64,000 nucleotides of DNA from Balanoglossus misakiensis (Eukaryota > Animalia > Hemichordata): positions 9,909,918-9,973,917 of the forward strand of contig CM082595.2 in assembly GCA_040954595.2 (NCBI GenBank). The letters are read 5' to 3'. Below are positions 36,038-51,000 of this stretch, in pieces. The position numbers and the translations under genes are program-made. The first letter of the stretch is position 1. Every line of letters starts with the position of its first letter. A model generated the notes under the pieces. That model was not told the DNA's origin and did not search any database. It worked only from the letters and a program-made list of their open reading frames with translations.

Positions 36038-39000
36038 GCTTGCTCGAGACAACGAAAACTAGCAAAATGTCTTTCTTCTGAGAATCAAAATGCTTCTTTG
36101 CTCTCGAGTTAGCTGCAAGTATCTATCCAAAAGCATATACCTTCAGTTTCGCCACAAAATTCACCGATTTCACGTGAAAAAACGATGAAAACTCTAAGCG
36201 TGCTAGAAATCTGCTTCCGTAGATGGCTGACTCTAGCACCCTCCATCCAGACTGGCGTAAGTTATCAACGGTGATTACGTCGGATTTCCTACGGCCTGGT
36301 TTAGCTGAAGCCCCGGCACTTTAGAGCGGAAACACGCGTACATTGACCACGATGATCAAGTCAGATCTCCTACGGCCTGGCTCGACTAAAACCCCGGCAC
36401 ACCATGACAGACACTAGCGTTCGTTAGCAACGGTGATCAAGTCGGATTTCCTTCGGCCTGGCTCTGCAAAAGACCCGACACTCTAGTACAAAGACGTTGG
36501 CTAAGTCGGGCAAACCGAAGAGGGGAAGTCACAGCGGGTCAACACTCGACATTTGTTCGGGTAGGACTGCATTATTGCCTGTCAATTTATAGAGAAAGCC
36601 CGAATTTAACCAGGGCGTTTCAAACACCGACGTTAGTTGGGGGGGGGGGGGGGCACGGCCTGCAGTACTGCCGGGTAAGCTGACATCGGCGTACCGCATA
36701 TAATGTAGGGGGGGGGGGAACAGAACGGTTCAATACTACATTTATTAGATATCAGCTAATTTTGGACAATCATCTAAAATCTAAATCATTTTTTCATATT
36801 TGGATATCTGATGATGTATGAAATTTCTATTATATGTAAAGATGGTGCTGATTATAAAAAATGCACTCTGAATGAGCTGATTTAATACAAAATTGCGTTT
36901 TATTCGTTTTTGCACCAAAAAGGTCATTTTTAGGCAAAACATTCTTTATTTTTTTTAATTCGGTGACCTGATCATATACAAACAATTGCTTGTATGTTAA
37001 AAGTTTTTATGACTTTTAAAAGCAGTGACACTGGCGGCATTCAACACGAAAATAACAATTTTAACCACAATTTGGTCAAAATGGTAAATTTTTGAAAATT
37101 ACAAAAAATACCTGTTTTCTACATTTTCGGAAATCTGATGGAGTATAGAATCCTCTTCGTATATATATATCGATACAAATTCCACAAAAAACGGCCAATT
37201 TGGCTCACCGCAGACAATTTTTTTTTAATTCGGTGACCTGATCATATATAAACAATTGCTTGTATGTTAAAAGTTTTTATGACTTTTAAAAGCAGTGACA
37301 CTGGCGGCATTCAACACGAAAATAACAATTTTAGCCACAATTTGGTCAAAATGGTAAATTTTTGAAAATTACAAAAAATACCTGTTTTCTACATTTTCGG
37401 AAATCTGATGGAGTATAGAATGCTCTTCGTATGTATATATCGATACAAATTCCACAAAATACAGTCTAATTTGGCTCACTGCAGACAAAATTGCGTTTTA
37501 CCAAATTTTCCTTGAAAATGTCATTTTTAGAAAAAAATAAAAAACCTTTGTTCTTCGAATTTGGTGCCCTGATCATATATGACATGTTGATTGTATGTTA
37601 AAACTTTCGACCTCTCCAAAAATGCAGAGATATTGACGGAATTCAAGAAAAAATAGCCATTTTGGCCATATTTTGACAAAAATGGTAATTTTTTAAAAAA
37701 TCATAAAAAATTAACTCTTTTCTTCATTTTCGGAAATATTATGGAGCATGAAGTGTCGTTCTCTTGTAAAAAGTGCTGCAAATTCCAGAAAAGGTGGTAT
37801 AATTTGAATCACCCAAGACAAAATTACCATTTTCGACTTTTTTTCGAAAAATTGTCTTTTTTACAAAATAAATAAGAATAAATTCTTTTCTTAGTTTCAA
37901 ACGGGTAGAGATACTTTCCACACGGGTTTTCTAACATTGAATTCCCGTTCATCAACTCAGATTTCCTACAGCATAAGTCGGCTAAAACCCAGACACTCTA
38001 GAGCAGAAACAGTTGCACACTGGTAACGTTGAACAAGTCGATTTTTCTACGGCCTGGCTCGGCTAAATCTCCGTCACAATATGACAGACACTAGCGTACG
38101 TTAGCAACGGTGATCAAGTCAGATTTCCTACGGCCTGGTTTAGCTGAAGCCCGGCACTTTAGAGCGGAAACACGCGTACATTGACCACGATGATCAAGTC
38201 AGATCTCCTACGGCCTGGCTCGACTAAAACCCCGGCACACCATGACAGACACTAGCGTTCGTTAGCAACGTTGATCAAGTCAGATTTCCTACGGCATGGC
38301 TTGGCTAAAGCCCTGGCACTCTAGAGCAGAAACACGCCTACAGAGACCACGTTGATCTACTCACATTTCCTTCGGCCTGGCACGGCTGATGCCCCGTTAC
38401 TATATATAGGACACAGACTGGCGTAAGTTAACAACGGTAATCACGTTGGGTTTCGTACGGCCTGGTTAAGCTGAAGCCCCGGCACTCTAGAGCAGAAACA
38501 GGCGTACATTGACTACGTTGATCAAGTCAGATTTCCTACGGCGTGACTCGGCTGGTGCACCGGCTCTATATGAGACAGACTGGCGTAAGTTATCAACGGT
38601 GATTACGTCGGATTTCCTACGGCCTGGTTTAGCTGAAGCCCCGGCACTTTAGAGCGGAAACACGCGTACATTGACCACGATGATCAAGTCAGATCTCCTA
38701 CGGCCTGGCTCGACTAAAACCCCGGCACACCATGACAGACACTAGCGTTCGTTAGCAACGGTGATCAAGTCGGATTTCCTTCGGCCTGGCTCTGCAAAAG
38801 ACCCGACACTCTAGTACAAAGACGTTGGCTAAGTCGGGCAAACCGAAGAGGGAAAGTCACAGCTGGTCAATACTCGACATTTGTTCGGGTAGGACTGCAT
38901 TATTGCCTGTCAATTTATTGAGAAAGCCCGAATTAAACCCGGGCGTTTCAAACACCGACGTTAGTTGGGGGCACGGCCTGCAGTACTGCCGGGTAAGCTG

Positions 39001-42000
39001 ACATCGGCGTACCGCATATAATGTAGGGGGGGGGGGGAACAGAACGGTTCAATACTACATTTATTAGATATCAGCTAATTTTCGACAATCATCTAAAATC
39101 TAAATCATTTTTTCATATTTGGATATCTGATGATGTATGAAATTTCCATTATATGTAAAAATGGTGCTGATTATAAAAAATGCACTCTGAATGAGCCGAT
39201 TTTTAGTCAAAACATTCTTTATTTTTTAATTCGGTGACCTGATCATATATAAACAATTGCTTGTATGTTAAAAGTTTTTATGACTTTTAAAAGCAGTGAC
39301 ACTGGCGGCATTCATCAAGAAAATAACAATTTTAGCCACAATTTGGTCAAAATCGTAATTTTTGGAAAGTTACAAAAAATACCTGTTTTCTACATTTTCG
39401 GAAATCTGATGGAGTATAGAATGCTCTTCGTATGTATATATCGATACAAATTCCACAAAAGACCGTCTAATTTGGCTCACTGCAGACAAAATTGCGTTTT
39501 ACCAAATTTTCCTTGAAAATGTCATTTTTAGAAAAAAAAATAAAAAAACCTTTGTTCTTCGAATTTGGTGCCCTGATCATATATGATATGTTGATTGTAT
39601 GTTAAAACTCTCGACCACTCCAAAAATGCAGAGATATTGACGGAATTTAAGAAAAATAGCCATTTTGGCCATATTTTGACAAAAATGGTAAATTTTTGAA
39701 AAATCATAAAAAATTAACTCTTTTCTTCATTTTCGGAAATATTATGGAGCATGAAGTGTCGTTCTCTTGTAAAAAGTGCTGCAAATTCCAGAAAAGGCGG
39801 TATAATTTGAATCACCCAAGACAAAATTGCAATTTTTCGACTTTTTTTCGAAAAATTGTCTTTTTTACAAAATAAATAAGAATTAATTCTTTTCTTAGTT
39901 TCAAACGGGTAGAGATACTTTCCACACGGGTTTTCTAACATTGAATTCCCGTTCATCAACTCAGATTTCCTACAGCATAAGTCGGCTAAAACCCAGACAC
40001 TCTAGAGCAGAAACAGTTGCACACTGGTAACGTTGAACAAGTCGATTTTTCTACGGCCTGGCTCGGCTAAATCTCCGTCACAATATGACAGACACTAGCG
40101 TACGTTAGCAACGGTGATCAAGTCAGATTTCCTACGGCCTGGTTTAGCTGAAGCCCGGCACTTTAGAGCGGAAACACGCGTACATTGACCACGATGATCA
40201 AGTCAGATCTCCTACGGCCTGGCTCGACTAAAACCCCGGCACACCATGACAGACACTAGCGTTCGTTAGCAACGTTGATCAAGTCAGATTTCCTACGGCA
40301 TGGCTTGGCTAAAGCCCTGGCACTCTAGAGCAGAAACACGCCTACAGAGACCACGTTGATCTACTCACATTTCCTTCGGCCTGGCACGGCTGATGCCCCG
40401 TTACTATATATAGGACACAGACTGGCGTAAGTTAACAACGGTAATCACGTTGGGTTTCCTACGGCCTGGCTCAGCTGAAGCCCCGGCACTCTAGAGCAGA
40501 AACAGGCGTACATTGACCACGTTGATCAAGTCAGATTTCCTACGGCGTGACTCGGCTGGTGCACCGGCTCTATATGAGACAGACTGGCGTAAGTTATCAA
40601 CGGTGATTACGTCGGATTTCCTACGGCCTGGTTTAGCTGAAGCCCCGGCACTTTAGAGCGGAAACACGCGTACATTGACCACGATGATCAAGTCAGATCT
40701 CCTACGGCCTGGCTCGACTAAAACCCCGGCACACCATGACAGACACTAGCGTTCGTTAGCAACGGTGATCAAGTCGGATTTCCTTCGGCCTGGCTCTGCA
40801 AAAGACCCGACACTCTAGTACAAAGACGTTGGCTAAGTCGGGCAAACCGAAGAGGGAAAGTCACAGCTGGTCAATACTCGACATTTGTTCGGGTAGGACT
40901 GCATTATTGCCTGTCAATTTATTGAGAAAGCCCGAATTAAACCCGGGCGTTTCAAACACCGACGTTAGTTGGGGGCACGGCCTGCAGTACTGCCGGGTAA
41001 GCTGACATCGGCGTACCGCATATAATGTAGGGGGGGGGGGGGAACAGAACGGTTCAATACTACATTTATTAGATATCAGCTAATTTTCGACAATCATCTA
41101 AAATCTAAATCATTTTTTCATATTTGGATATCTGATGATGTATGAAATTTCCATTATATGTAAAAATGGTGCTGATTATAAAAAAATGCACTCTGAATGA
41201 GCTGATTTTTAGTCAAAACATTCTTTATTTTTTAATTCGGTGACCTGATCATATATAAACAATTGCTTGTATGTTAAAAGTTTTTATGACTTTTAAAAGC
41301 AGTGACACTGGCGGCATTCATCAAGAAAATAACAATTTTAGCCACAATTTGGTCAAAATCGTAATTTTTGGAAAGTTACAAAAAATACCTGTTTTCTACA
41401 TTTTCGGAAATCTGATGGAGTATAGAATGCTCTTCGTATGTATATATCGATACAAATTCCACAAAAGACCGTCTAATTTGGCTCACTGCAGACAAAATTG
41501 CGTTTTACCAAATTTTCCTTGAAAATGTCATTTTCAGAAAAAAAAATAAAAAAACCTTTGTTCTTCGAATTTGGTGCCCTGATCATATATGATATGTTGA
41601 TTGTATGTTAAAACTCTCGACCACTCCAAAAATGCAGAGATATTGACGGAATTCAAGAAAAATAGCCATTTTGGCCATATTTTGACAAAAATGGTAAATT
41701 TTTGAAAAATCATAAAAAATTAACTCTTTTCTTCATTTTCGGAAATATTATGGAGCATGAAGTGTCGTTCTCTTGTAAAAAGTGCTGCAAATTCCAGAAA
41801 AGGCGGTATAATTTGAATCACCCAAGACAAAATTGCAATTTTTCGACTTTTTTTCGAAAAATTGTCTTTTTTACAAAATAAATAAGAATAAATTCTTTTC
41901 TTAGTTTCAAACGGGTAGAGATACTTTCCACACGGGTTTTCTAACATTGAATTCGCGTTCATCAACTCAGATTTCCTACAGCATAAGTCGGCTAAAACCC

Positions 42001-45000
42001 TGACACTCTAGAGCAGAAACAGTTGCACACTGGTAACGTTGAACAAGTCGATTTTTCTACGGCCTGGCTCGGCTAAATCTCCGTCACAATATGACAGACA
42101 CTAGCGTACGTTAGCAACGGTGATCAAGTCAGATTTTCTACGGCATGGCTTGGATAAAGCCCCGGCACTCTAGAGCAGAAACACGCGTACAGAGACCACG
42201 TTGATCAAGTCTGATCTCCTACGGCTTGGCTCGACTAAAACCCCGGCACACTATGACAGACACTAGCGTTCGTTAGCAACGTTGATCAAGTCAGATTTCC
42301 TACGGCATGGCTTGGCTAAAGCCCTGGCACTCTAGAGCAGAAACAGTTGCACACTGATAACGTTGAACAAGTCGATTTTTCTACGGCCTGGCTCGGCTAA
42401 ATCTCGTCACAATATGACAGACACTAGCGTACGTTAGCAACGGTGATCAAGTCAGATTTTCAACGGCATGGGTTGGATAAAGCCCCGGCACTCTAGAGCA
42501 GAAACACGCGTACAGAGACCACGTTGATCAAGTCTGATCTCCTACGGCTTGGCTCGACTAAAACCCCGGCACACTATGACAGACACTAGCGTTCGTTAGC
42601 AACGTTGATCAAGTCAGATTTCCTACGGCATGGCTTTGCTAAAGCCCTGACACTCTAGAGCAGAAACACGCGTACAGAGACCACGTTGATCTACTCACAT
42701 TTCCTTCGGCCTGGCACGGCTGATGCCCCGGCACTATATATAGGACACAGACTGGCGTAAGTTAACAACGGTAATCACGTCGGGTTTCCTACGGCCTGGC
42801 TCAGCTGAAGCCCCGGCACTCTAGAGCAGAAACAGGCGTACATTGACCACGTTGATCAAGTCAGATTTCCTTCGGCGTGACTCGGCTGGTGCACCGGCTC
42901 TATATGACACAGACTGGCGTAAGTTATCAACGGTGATTACGTCGGATTTCCTACGGCCTGGTTTAGCTGAAAACCCGGCACTTTAGAGCGGAAACACGCG
43001 TACATTGACCACGATGATCAAGTCAGATCTCCTACGGCCTGGCTCGACTAAAACCCCGGCACACCATGACAGACACTAGCGTTCGTTAGCAACGGTGATC
43101 AAGTCGGATTTCCTTCGGCCTGGCTCTGCAAAAGACCCGACACTCTAGTACAAAGACGTTGTCTAAGTCGGGCAAACCGAACAGGGAAAGTCACAGCGGT
43201 TCAACACTTGACATTTGTTCCGGTAGGACTGCATTATTGCCTGTCGATTTATAGAGAGAGCCCGAATTTAACCAGGGCGTTTCAAACACCGACGTTTGTT
43301 GGGGGCACGGCCTACAGTACTGCCGGGTAAGCTGACATCGGCGTACCGCATATAATGTAAGGGGGGGGGGGGACAGAACGGTTCAATACTACATTTATTA
43401 GATATCAGCTAATTTTGGACAATCATCTAAAATCTAAATCATTTTTTCATATTTGGATATCTGATGATGTATGAAATTTCCATTATATGTAAAAATGGTG
43501 CTTATTATAAAACATGCACTCTGAATGAACTGATTTAATACAATATTGCGTTTTATTCGTTTTTGCACCAAAAAGGTCATTTTTAGGCAAAACATTCTTT
43601 ATTTTTTTAATTCGGTGACCTGATCATATATAAACAATTGCTTGTATGTTAAAAGTTATTATGACTTTTAAAAGCAGTGACACTGGCGGCATTCAACACG
43701 AAAATAACAATTTTAGCCACAATTTAGTCAAAATGGTAAATTTTTGAAATTTTACAAAAAATACCTGTTTTCTACATTTTCGGAAATCTGATGGAGTGTA
43801 GAATGCTCTTCGTATGTATATATCGTTAAATTCCACAAAAGACCGTCTAATTTGGCTCACTGCAGACAAAATTGCGTTTTACCAAATTTTCCTTGAAAAT
43901 GTCATTTTTAGAAAAAAAAAAAAAAAACCTTTGTTCTTCGAATTTGGTGCCCTGCTCATATATGACATGTTGATTGTATGTTAAAACTCTCGACCACTCC
44001 AAAAATGCTGAGATATTGACGGAATTCAAGAAAAATAGCCATTTTGGCCATATTTTGACAAAAATGGTAAATTTTTGAAAAATCATAAAAAATTAACTCT
44101 TTTCTTCATTTTCGGAAATATTATGGAGCATGAAGTGTCGTTCTCTTGTAAAAAGTGCTGCAAATTCCAGAAAAGGCGGTATAATTTGAATCACCCAAGA
44201 CAAAATTGCAATTTTTCGACTTTTTTTCGAAAAATTGTCTTTTTTACAAAATAAATAAGAATAAATTCTTTTCTTAGTTTCAAACGGGTAGAGAAACTTT
44301 CCACACGGGTTTTCTAACATTGAATTCCCGTTCATCAACTCAGATTTCCTACAGCATAAGTCGATTTTTCTACGGCCTGGCTCGGCTAAATCTCCGTCAC
44401 AATATGACAGACACTAGCGTAGGTTAGCAACGGTGATCAAGTCAGATTTTCTACGGCATGGCTTGGATAAAGCCCCGGCACACCAGAGCAGAAACACGCG
44501 TACAGAGACCACGTTGATCAAGTCTGATCTCCTACGGCTTGGTTCGACTAAAACCCCGGCACACTATGACAGACACTAGCGTTCGTTAGCAACGGTGATC
44601 AAGTCAGATTTCCTACGGCATGGCTTGGCTAAAGCCCTGGCACTCTAGAGCAGAAACACGCGTACAGAGACCACGTTGATCTAGTCACATTTCCTTCGGC
44701 CTGGCACGGCTGATGCCCCGGCACTATATATAGGACACAAACTGGCGTAAGTTAACAACGGTAATCACGTCGGGTTTCCCACGGCCTGGCTCAGCTGAAG
44801 CCCCGGCACTCTAGAGCAGAAACAGGCGTACATTGACCACGTTGATCAAATCAGATTCCTACGGTGTGACTCCGCTGGTGCACCGGCTCTATATGACACA
44901 GACTGGCGTAAGTTATCAACGGTGATTACGTCGGATTTCCTACGGCCTGGTTTAGCTCAAGCCCCGGCACTTTAGAGCGGAAACACGCGTACATTGACCA

Positions 45001-48000
45001 CGATGATCAAGTCAGATCTCCTACGGCTTGGCTCGACTAAAACCCCGGCACACTATGACAGACACTAGCGTTCGTTAGCAACGTTGATCAATTCAGATTT
45101 CCTACGGCATGGCTTGGCTAAAGCCCTGGCATTCTAGAGCAGAAACACGCGTACAGAGACCACATTGATCTACTCACATTTCCTTAGGCCTGGCACGGCT
45201 GATGCCCCGCACTATATATAGGACACAGACTGGCGTAAGTTAACAACGGTAATCACGTCGGGTTTCCTACGGCCTGGCTCAGCTGAAGCCCCGGCACTCT
45301 AGAGCAGAAACAGGCGTACATTGACCACGTTGATCAAATCAGATTCCTACGGCGTGACTCGGCTGGTGCACCGGCTCTATATGACACAGACTGGCGTAAG
45401 TTATCAACGGTGATTACGTCGGATTTCCTACGGCCTGGTTTAGCTGAAGCCCCGGCACTTTAGAGCGGAAACACGCGTACATTGACCACGATGATCCAAT
45501 CAGATCTCCTACGGCCTGGCTCGACTAAAACCCCGGCACACCATGACAGACACTAGCGTTCGTTAGCATCGGTGATCAAGTCGGATTTCCTTCGGCCTGG
45601 CTCTGCAAAACACCCGACACTCTAGTACAAAGACGTTGGCTAAGTCGGGCAAACCGAAGAGGGAAAGTCACAGCGGGTCAACACTCGACATTTGTTCCGG
45701 TAGGACTACATTATTGCCTGTCAATTTATAGAGAAAGCCCGAATTTAACCAGGGCGTTTCAAACACCGACGTTAGTTGTGGGCACGGCCTGCAGTACTGA
45801 CGGGTAAGCTGACATCGGCGTACCGCATGTAATGTAGGGGGGGGGGGGGAACAGAACGGTTCAATACTATATTTATTAGATATCAGCTACTTTTAGACAA
45901 TCATCTAAAATCTAAATCATTTTTTCATATTTGGATATCTGATGATGTATGAAATTTCCATTATATGTAAAAATGGTGCTGATTATAAAAAAATGCACTC
46001 TGAATGAGCTGATTTAATACAAAATTGCGTTTTATTCGTTTTTGCACCAAAAAGGTCATTTTTAGGGAAAACATTCTTTATTCTTTAAATTCGGTGACCT
46101 GATCATATATAAACAATTGCTTGTATGTTAAAAGTTTTAATGACTTTTTAAAGCAGTGACACTGGCGGCATTCAACACGAAAATAACAATTTTAGCCACA
46201 ATTCGGTCAAAATGGTAAATTTTTGAAAATTACAAAAAATACCTGTTTTCTACATTTTCGGAAATCTGATGGAGTATAGAATGCTCTTCGTATACATATA
46301 TCGATACAAATTCCACAAAAAAACGGCCAATTTGGCTCACTGCAGACAAAATTGCGTTTTACCAAATTTTCCTTGAAAATGTCATTTTTAGAAAAAAAAT
46401 AAAAAAAAACTTTGTTCTTCGAATTTGGTGCCCTGATCATATATGACATGTTGATTGTATGTTAAAACTTTCGACCACTCCAAAAATGCAGAGATATTGA
46501 CGGAATTCAAGAAAAAATAGCCATTTTGGCCATATTTTGACAAAAATGGTAAATTTTTAAAAAATCGTAAAAAATTAACTCTTTTCTTCATTTTCGGAAA
46601 TATTATGGAGCATGAAGTGTCGTTCTCTTGTAAAAAGTGCTGCAAATTCCAGAAAAGGCGGTATAATTTGAATCACCCATGACAAAATTACCATTTTCGA
46701 CTTTTTTTCGAAAAATTGTCTTTTTAACAAAATAAATAAGAATAAATTATTTTCTTAGTTTCAAAAGGGTAGAGACACTTTCCACACAGGTTTTTTAACA
46801 TTGAATTCCCATTCATCAACTCAGATTTCCTACAGCATAAGTCGGCTAAAACCCTGACACTCTAGAGCAGAAACAGTTGCACACTGGTAACGTTGAACAA
46901 GTCGATTTTTCTACGGCCTGGCTGGGCTAAATCTCCGTCACAATATGACAGACACTAGCGCACGTTAGCAACGGTGATCAAGTCAGATTTTCTACGGCAT
47001 GGCTGGGATAAAGCCCCGGCACTCTAGAGCAGAAACACGCGTACAGAGACCACGTTGATCAAGTCTGATCTCCTACGGCTTGGTTCGACTAAAACCCCGG
47101 CACACTATGACAGACACTAGCGTTCGTTAGCAACGTTGATCAAGTCAGATTTCCTACGGCATGGCTTGGCTAAAGCCCTGGCATTCTAGAGCAGAAACAC
47201 GCGTACAGAGACCACATTGATCTACTCACATTTCCTTAGGCCTGGCACGGCTGATGCCCCGCACTATATATAGGACACAGACTGGCGTAAGTTAACAACG
47301 GTAATCACGTCGGGTTTCCTACGGCCTGGCTCAGATGAAGCCCCGGCACTCTAGAGCAGAAACAGGCGTACAGTGACCACGTTGATCAAGTCAGATTTCC
47401 TACGGCGTGACTCGGCTGGTGCACCGGCTCTATATGACACAGACTGGCGTAAGTTATCAACGGTGATTACGTCGGATTTCCTACGGCCTGGTTTAGCTGA
47501 AGCCCCGGCACTTTAGAGCGGAAACACGCGTACATTGACCACGATGATCAAGTCAGATCTCCTACGGCCTGGCTCGACTAAACCCCGCCACACCATGACA
47601 GACACTAGCGTTCGTTAGCAACGGTGATCAAGTCGGATTTCCTTCGGCCTGGCTCTGCAAAAGACCCGACACATTAGTACAAAGACGTTGGCTAAGTCGG
47701 GCAAACCGAAGAGGGAAAGTCACAGCGGGTCAACACTCGACATTTGGTCGGGTAGGACTGCATTATTGCCTGTCAATTTATAGAGAAAGCCCGAATTTAA
47801 CCAGGGCGTTTCAAACACCGACGTTAGTTGGGGGCACGGCCTGCAGTACTGCCGGGTAAGCTGACATCGGCGTACCGCATATAATGTAGGGGGGGGGGGG
47901 GACAGAACGGTTCATTACTACATTTATTAAATATCAGCTAATTTTGGACAATCATCTAAAATCTAAATCATTTTTTCATATTTGGATATCTGATGATGTA

Positions 48001-51000
48001 TGAAATTTCCATTATATGTAAAAATGGTGCTGATTATAAAAAATGCACTCTGAATGAGCTGATTTAATACAAAATTGCGTTTTATTCGTTTTTGCACCAA
48101 AAAGGTCATTTTTAGGCAAAACATTCTTTATTTTTTTAATTCGGTGACCTGATCATATATAAACAATTGCTTGTATGTTGAAAATTTTTATGACTTTTAA
48201 AAGCAGTGACACTGGCGGCATTCAACACGAAAATAACAATTTTAGCCACAATTTGGTCAAAATGGTAAATTTTTGAAAATTACAAAAAATACATGTTTTC
48301 TACATTTTCGGAAATCTGATGGAGTATAGAATGCTCTTCGTATGTATATATCGATACAAATTCCACAAAAGACCGTCTAATTTGGCTCACTGCAGACAAA
48401 ATTGCGTTTTACCAAATTTTCCTTGAAAATGTCATTTTTAGAAAAAAAATAAGAATAAATTCTTTTCTTAGTTTCAAACGGGTAGATATACTTTCCACAC
48501 GGGTTTTCTAACATTGAATTCCCGTTCATCAACTCAGATTTCCTACAGCATAAGTCGGCTAAAACCCTGAGACTTTAGAGCAGAAACAGTTGCACACTGG
48601 TAACGTTGAACAAGTCGATTTTTCTACGGCCTGGCTCGGCTAAATCTCCGTCACAATATGACAGACACTATCGTACGTTAGCAACGGTGATCAAGTCAGA
48701 TTTTCTACGGCATGGCTTGGATAAAGCCCCGGCACTCTAGATCAGAAACACGCGTACAGAGACCACGTTGATCTACTCACATTTCCTTCGGCCTGGCACG
48801 GCTGATGCCCCGGCACTATATATAGGACACAGACTGGCGTAAGTTAACAACGGTAATCACGTCGGGTTTCCTACGGCCTGGCTCAGCTGAAGCCCCGGCA
48901 CTCTAGAGCAGAAACAGGCGTACATTGACCACGTTGATCAAGTCAGATTTCCTACGGCGTGACTCGGCTGGTGCACCGGCTCTATATGACACAGACTGGC
49001 GTAAGTTATCAACGGTGATTACGTCGGATTTCCTACGGCATGGTTTAGCTGAAGCCCCGGCACTTCAGAGCGGAAACACGCGTACATTGACCACGATGAT
49101 CAAGTCAGATCTCCTACGGCCTGGCTCGACTAAAACCCCGGCACACCATGACAGACACTAGCGTTCGTTAGCAACGGTGATCAAGTCGGATTTCCTTCGG
49201 CCTGGCTCTGCAAAAGACCCGACACATTAGTACAGAGACGTTGGCAAAGTCGGGCAAACCGAAGAGGGAAAGTCACAGCGGGTCAACACTCGACATTTGT
49301 TCGGGTAGGACTGCATTATTGCCTGTCAATTTATAGAGAAAGCCCGAATTTAACCAGGGCGTTTCAAACACCGACGTTATTTGGGGGCACGGCCTGCAGT
49401 ACTGCCGGGTAAGCTGACATCGGCGTACCGCATATAATGTAGGGGGGGGGACAGAACGGTTCAATACTACATTTATTAGATATCAGCTATAATTTTGGAC
49501 AATCATCTAAAATCTAAATCATTTTTTCATATTTGGATATCTGATGATGTATGAAATTTCCAATATATGTAAAAATGGTGCTGATTATAAAAAATGCACT
49601 CTGAATGAGCTGATTTAATACAAAAATTGCGTTTTATTCGTTTTTGCACCAAAAAGGTCATTTTTAGGCAAAACATTCTTTATTTTTTTAATTCGGTGGC
49701 CTGATCATATATAAGCAATTGCTTGCATGTTAAAAGTTTTTATGACTTTTAAAAGCAGTGACACTGGCGGCATTCAACACGAAAATAACAATTTTAACCA
49801 CAATTTGGTCAAAATGGTAAATTTTTGAAAATTACAAAAAATACCTGTTTTCTACATTTTCGGAAATCTGATGGAGTATAGAATGCTCTTCGTATGTATA
49901 TATCGATACAAATTCCACAAAAGACAATCTAATTTGACTCACTGCAGACAAAATTGCGTTTTACCAAATGTTCCTTGAAAATGTCATTTTTAGAAAAAAA
50001 ACTAAAAAAAACTTTGTTCTTCGAATTTGGTGCCCTGATCATATATGACATGTTGATTGTATGTTAAAACTTTCGACCACTCCAAAAATGCAGAGATATT
50101 GACGGAATTCAAGAAAAAATAGCCATTTTGGCCATATTTTGACAAAAATGGTAATTTTTTAAAAAATCATAAAAAATTAACTCTTTTCTTCATTTTCGGA
50201 AATATTATGGAGCATGAAGTGTCGTTCTCTTGTAAAAAGTGCTGCAAATTCCAGAAAATGTGGTATAATTTGAATCACCCAAGACAAAATTACCATTTTC
50301 GACTTGTTTTCGAAAAATTGTCTTTTTTAAAAAATAAATAAGAATAAATTCTTTTCTTAGTTTCAAACGGGTAGAGATACTTTCCACACGGGTTTTCTAA
50401 CATTGAATTCCCGTTCATCAACTCAGATTTCCTACAGCATAAGTCGGCTAAAACCCTGACACTCTAGAGCAGAAACAGTTGCACACTGATAACGTTGAAC
50501 AAGTCGATTTTTCTACGGCCTGGCTCGGCTAAATCTCGTCACAATATGACAGACACTAGCGTACGTTAGCAACGGTGATCAAGTCAGATTTTCAACGGCA
50601 TGGGTTGGATAAAGCCCCGGCACTCTAGAGCAGAAACACGCGTACAGAGACCACGTTGATCAAGTCTGATCTCCTACGGCTTGGCTCGACTAAAACCCCG
50701 GCACACTATGACAGACACTAGCGTTCGTTAGCAACGTTGATCAAGTCAGATTTCCTACGGCATGGCTTTGCTAAAGCCCTGACACTCTAGAGCAGAAACA
50801 CGCGTACAGAGACCACGTTGATCTACTCACATTTCCTTCGGCCTGGCACGGCTGATGCCCCGGCACTATATATAGGACACAGACTGGCGTAAGTTAACAA
50901 CGGTAATCACGTCGGGTTTCCTACGGCCTGGCTCAGCTGAAGCCCCGGCACTCTAGAGCAGAAACAGGCGTACATTGACCACGTTGATCAAGTCAGATTT

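Larger units (their letters stand above)
29447..36247 (-). mobile_element. Full-length Tx1-type (L1 group) non-LTR retrotransposon, 6801 bp including a nested insertion
   Basis: Perfect 13-bp TSD CAGACTGGCGTAA (29434-29446 and 36248-36260), poly-A tail with AATAAA, ~210-nt 5' UTR, ORF1 with two CCHC knuckles, and ORF2 with APE endonuclease plus RT. Confidence 0.96.

Noticed and set aside
48925-49161. 81-bp monomer as a 27-aa coding repeat
   Set aside because: The frame is open here only because of one SNP; TAG stops and 4-bp TATA indels interrupt it in the other units.
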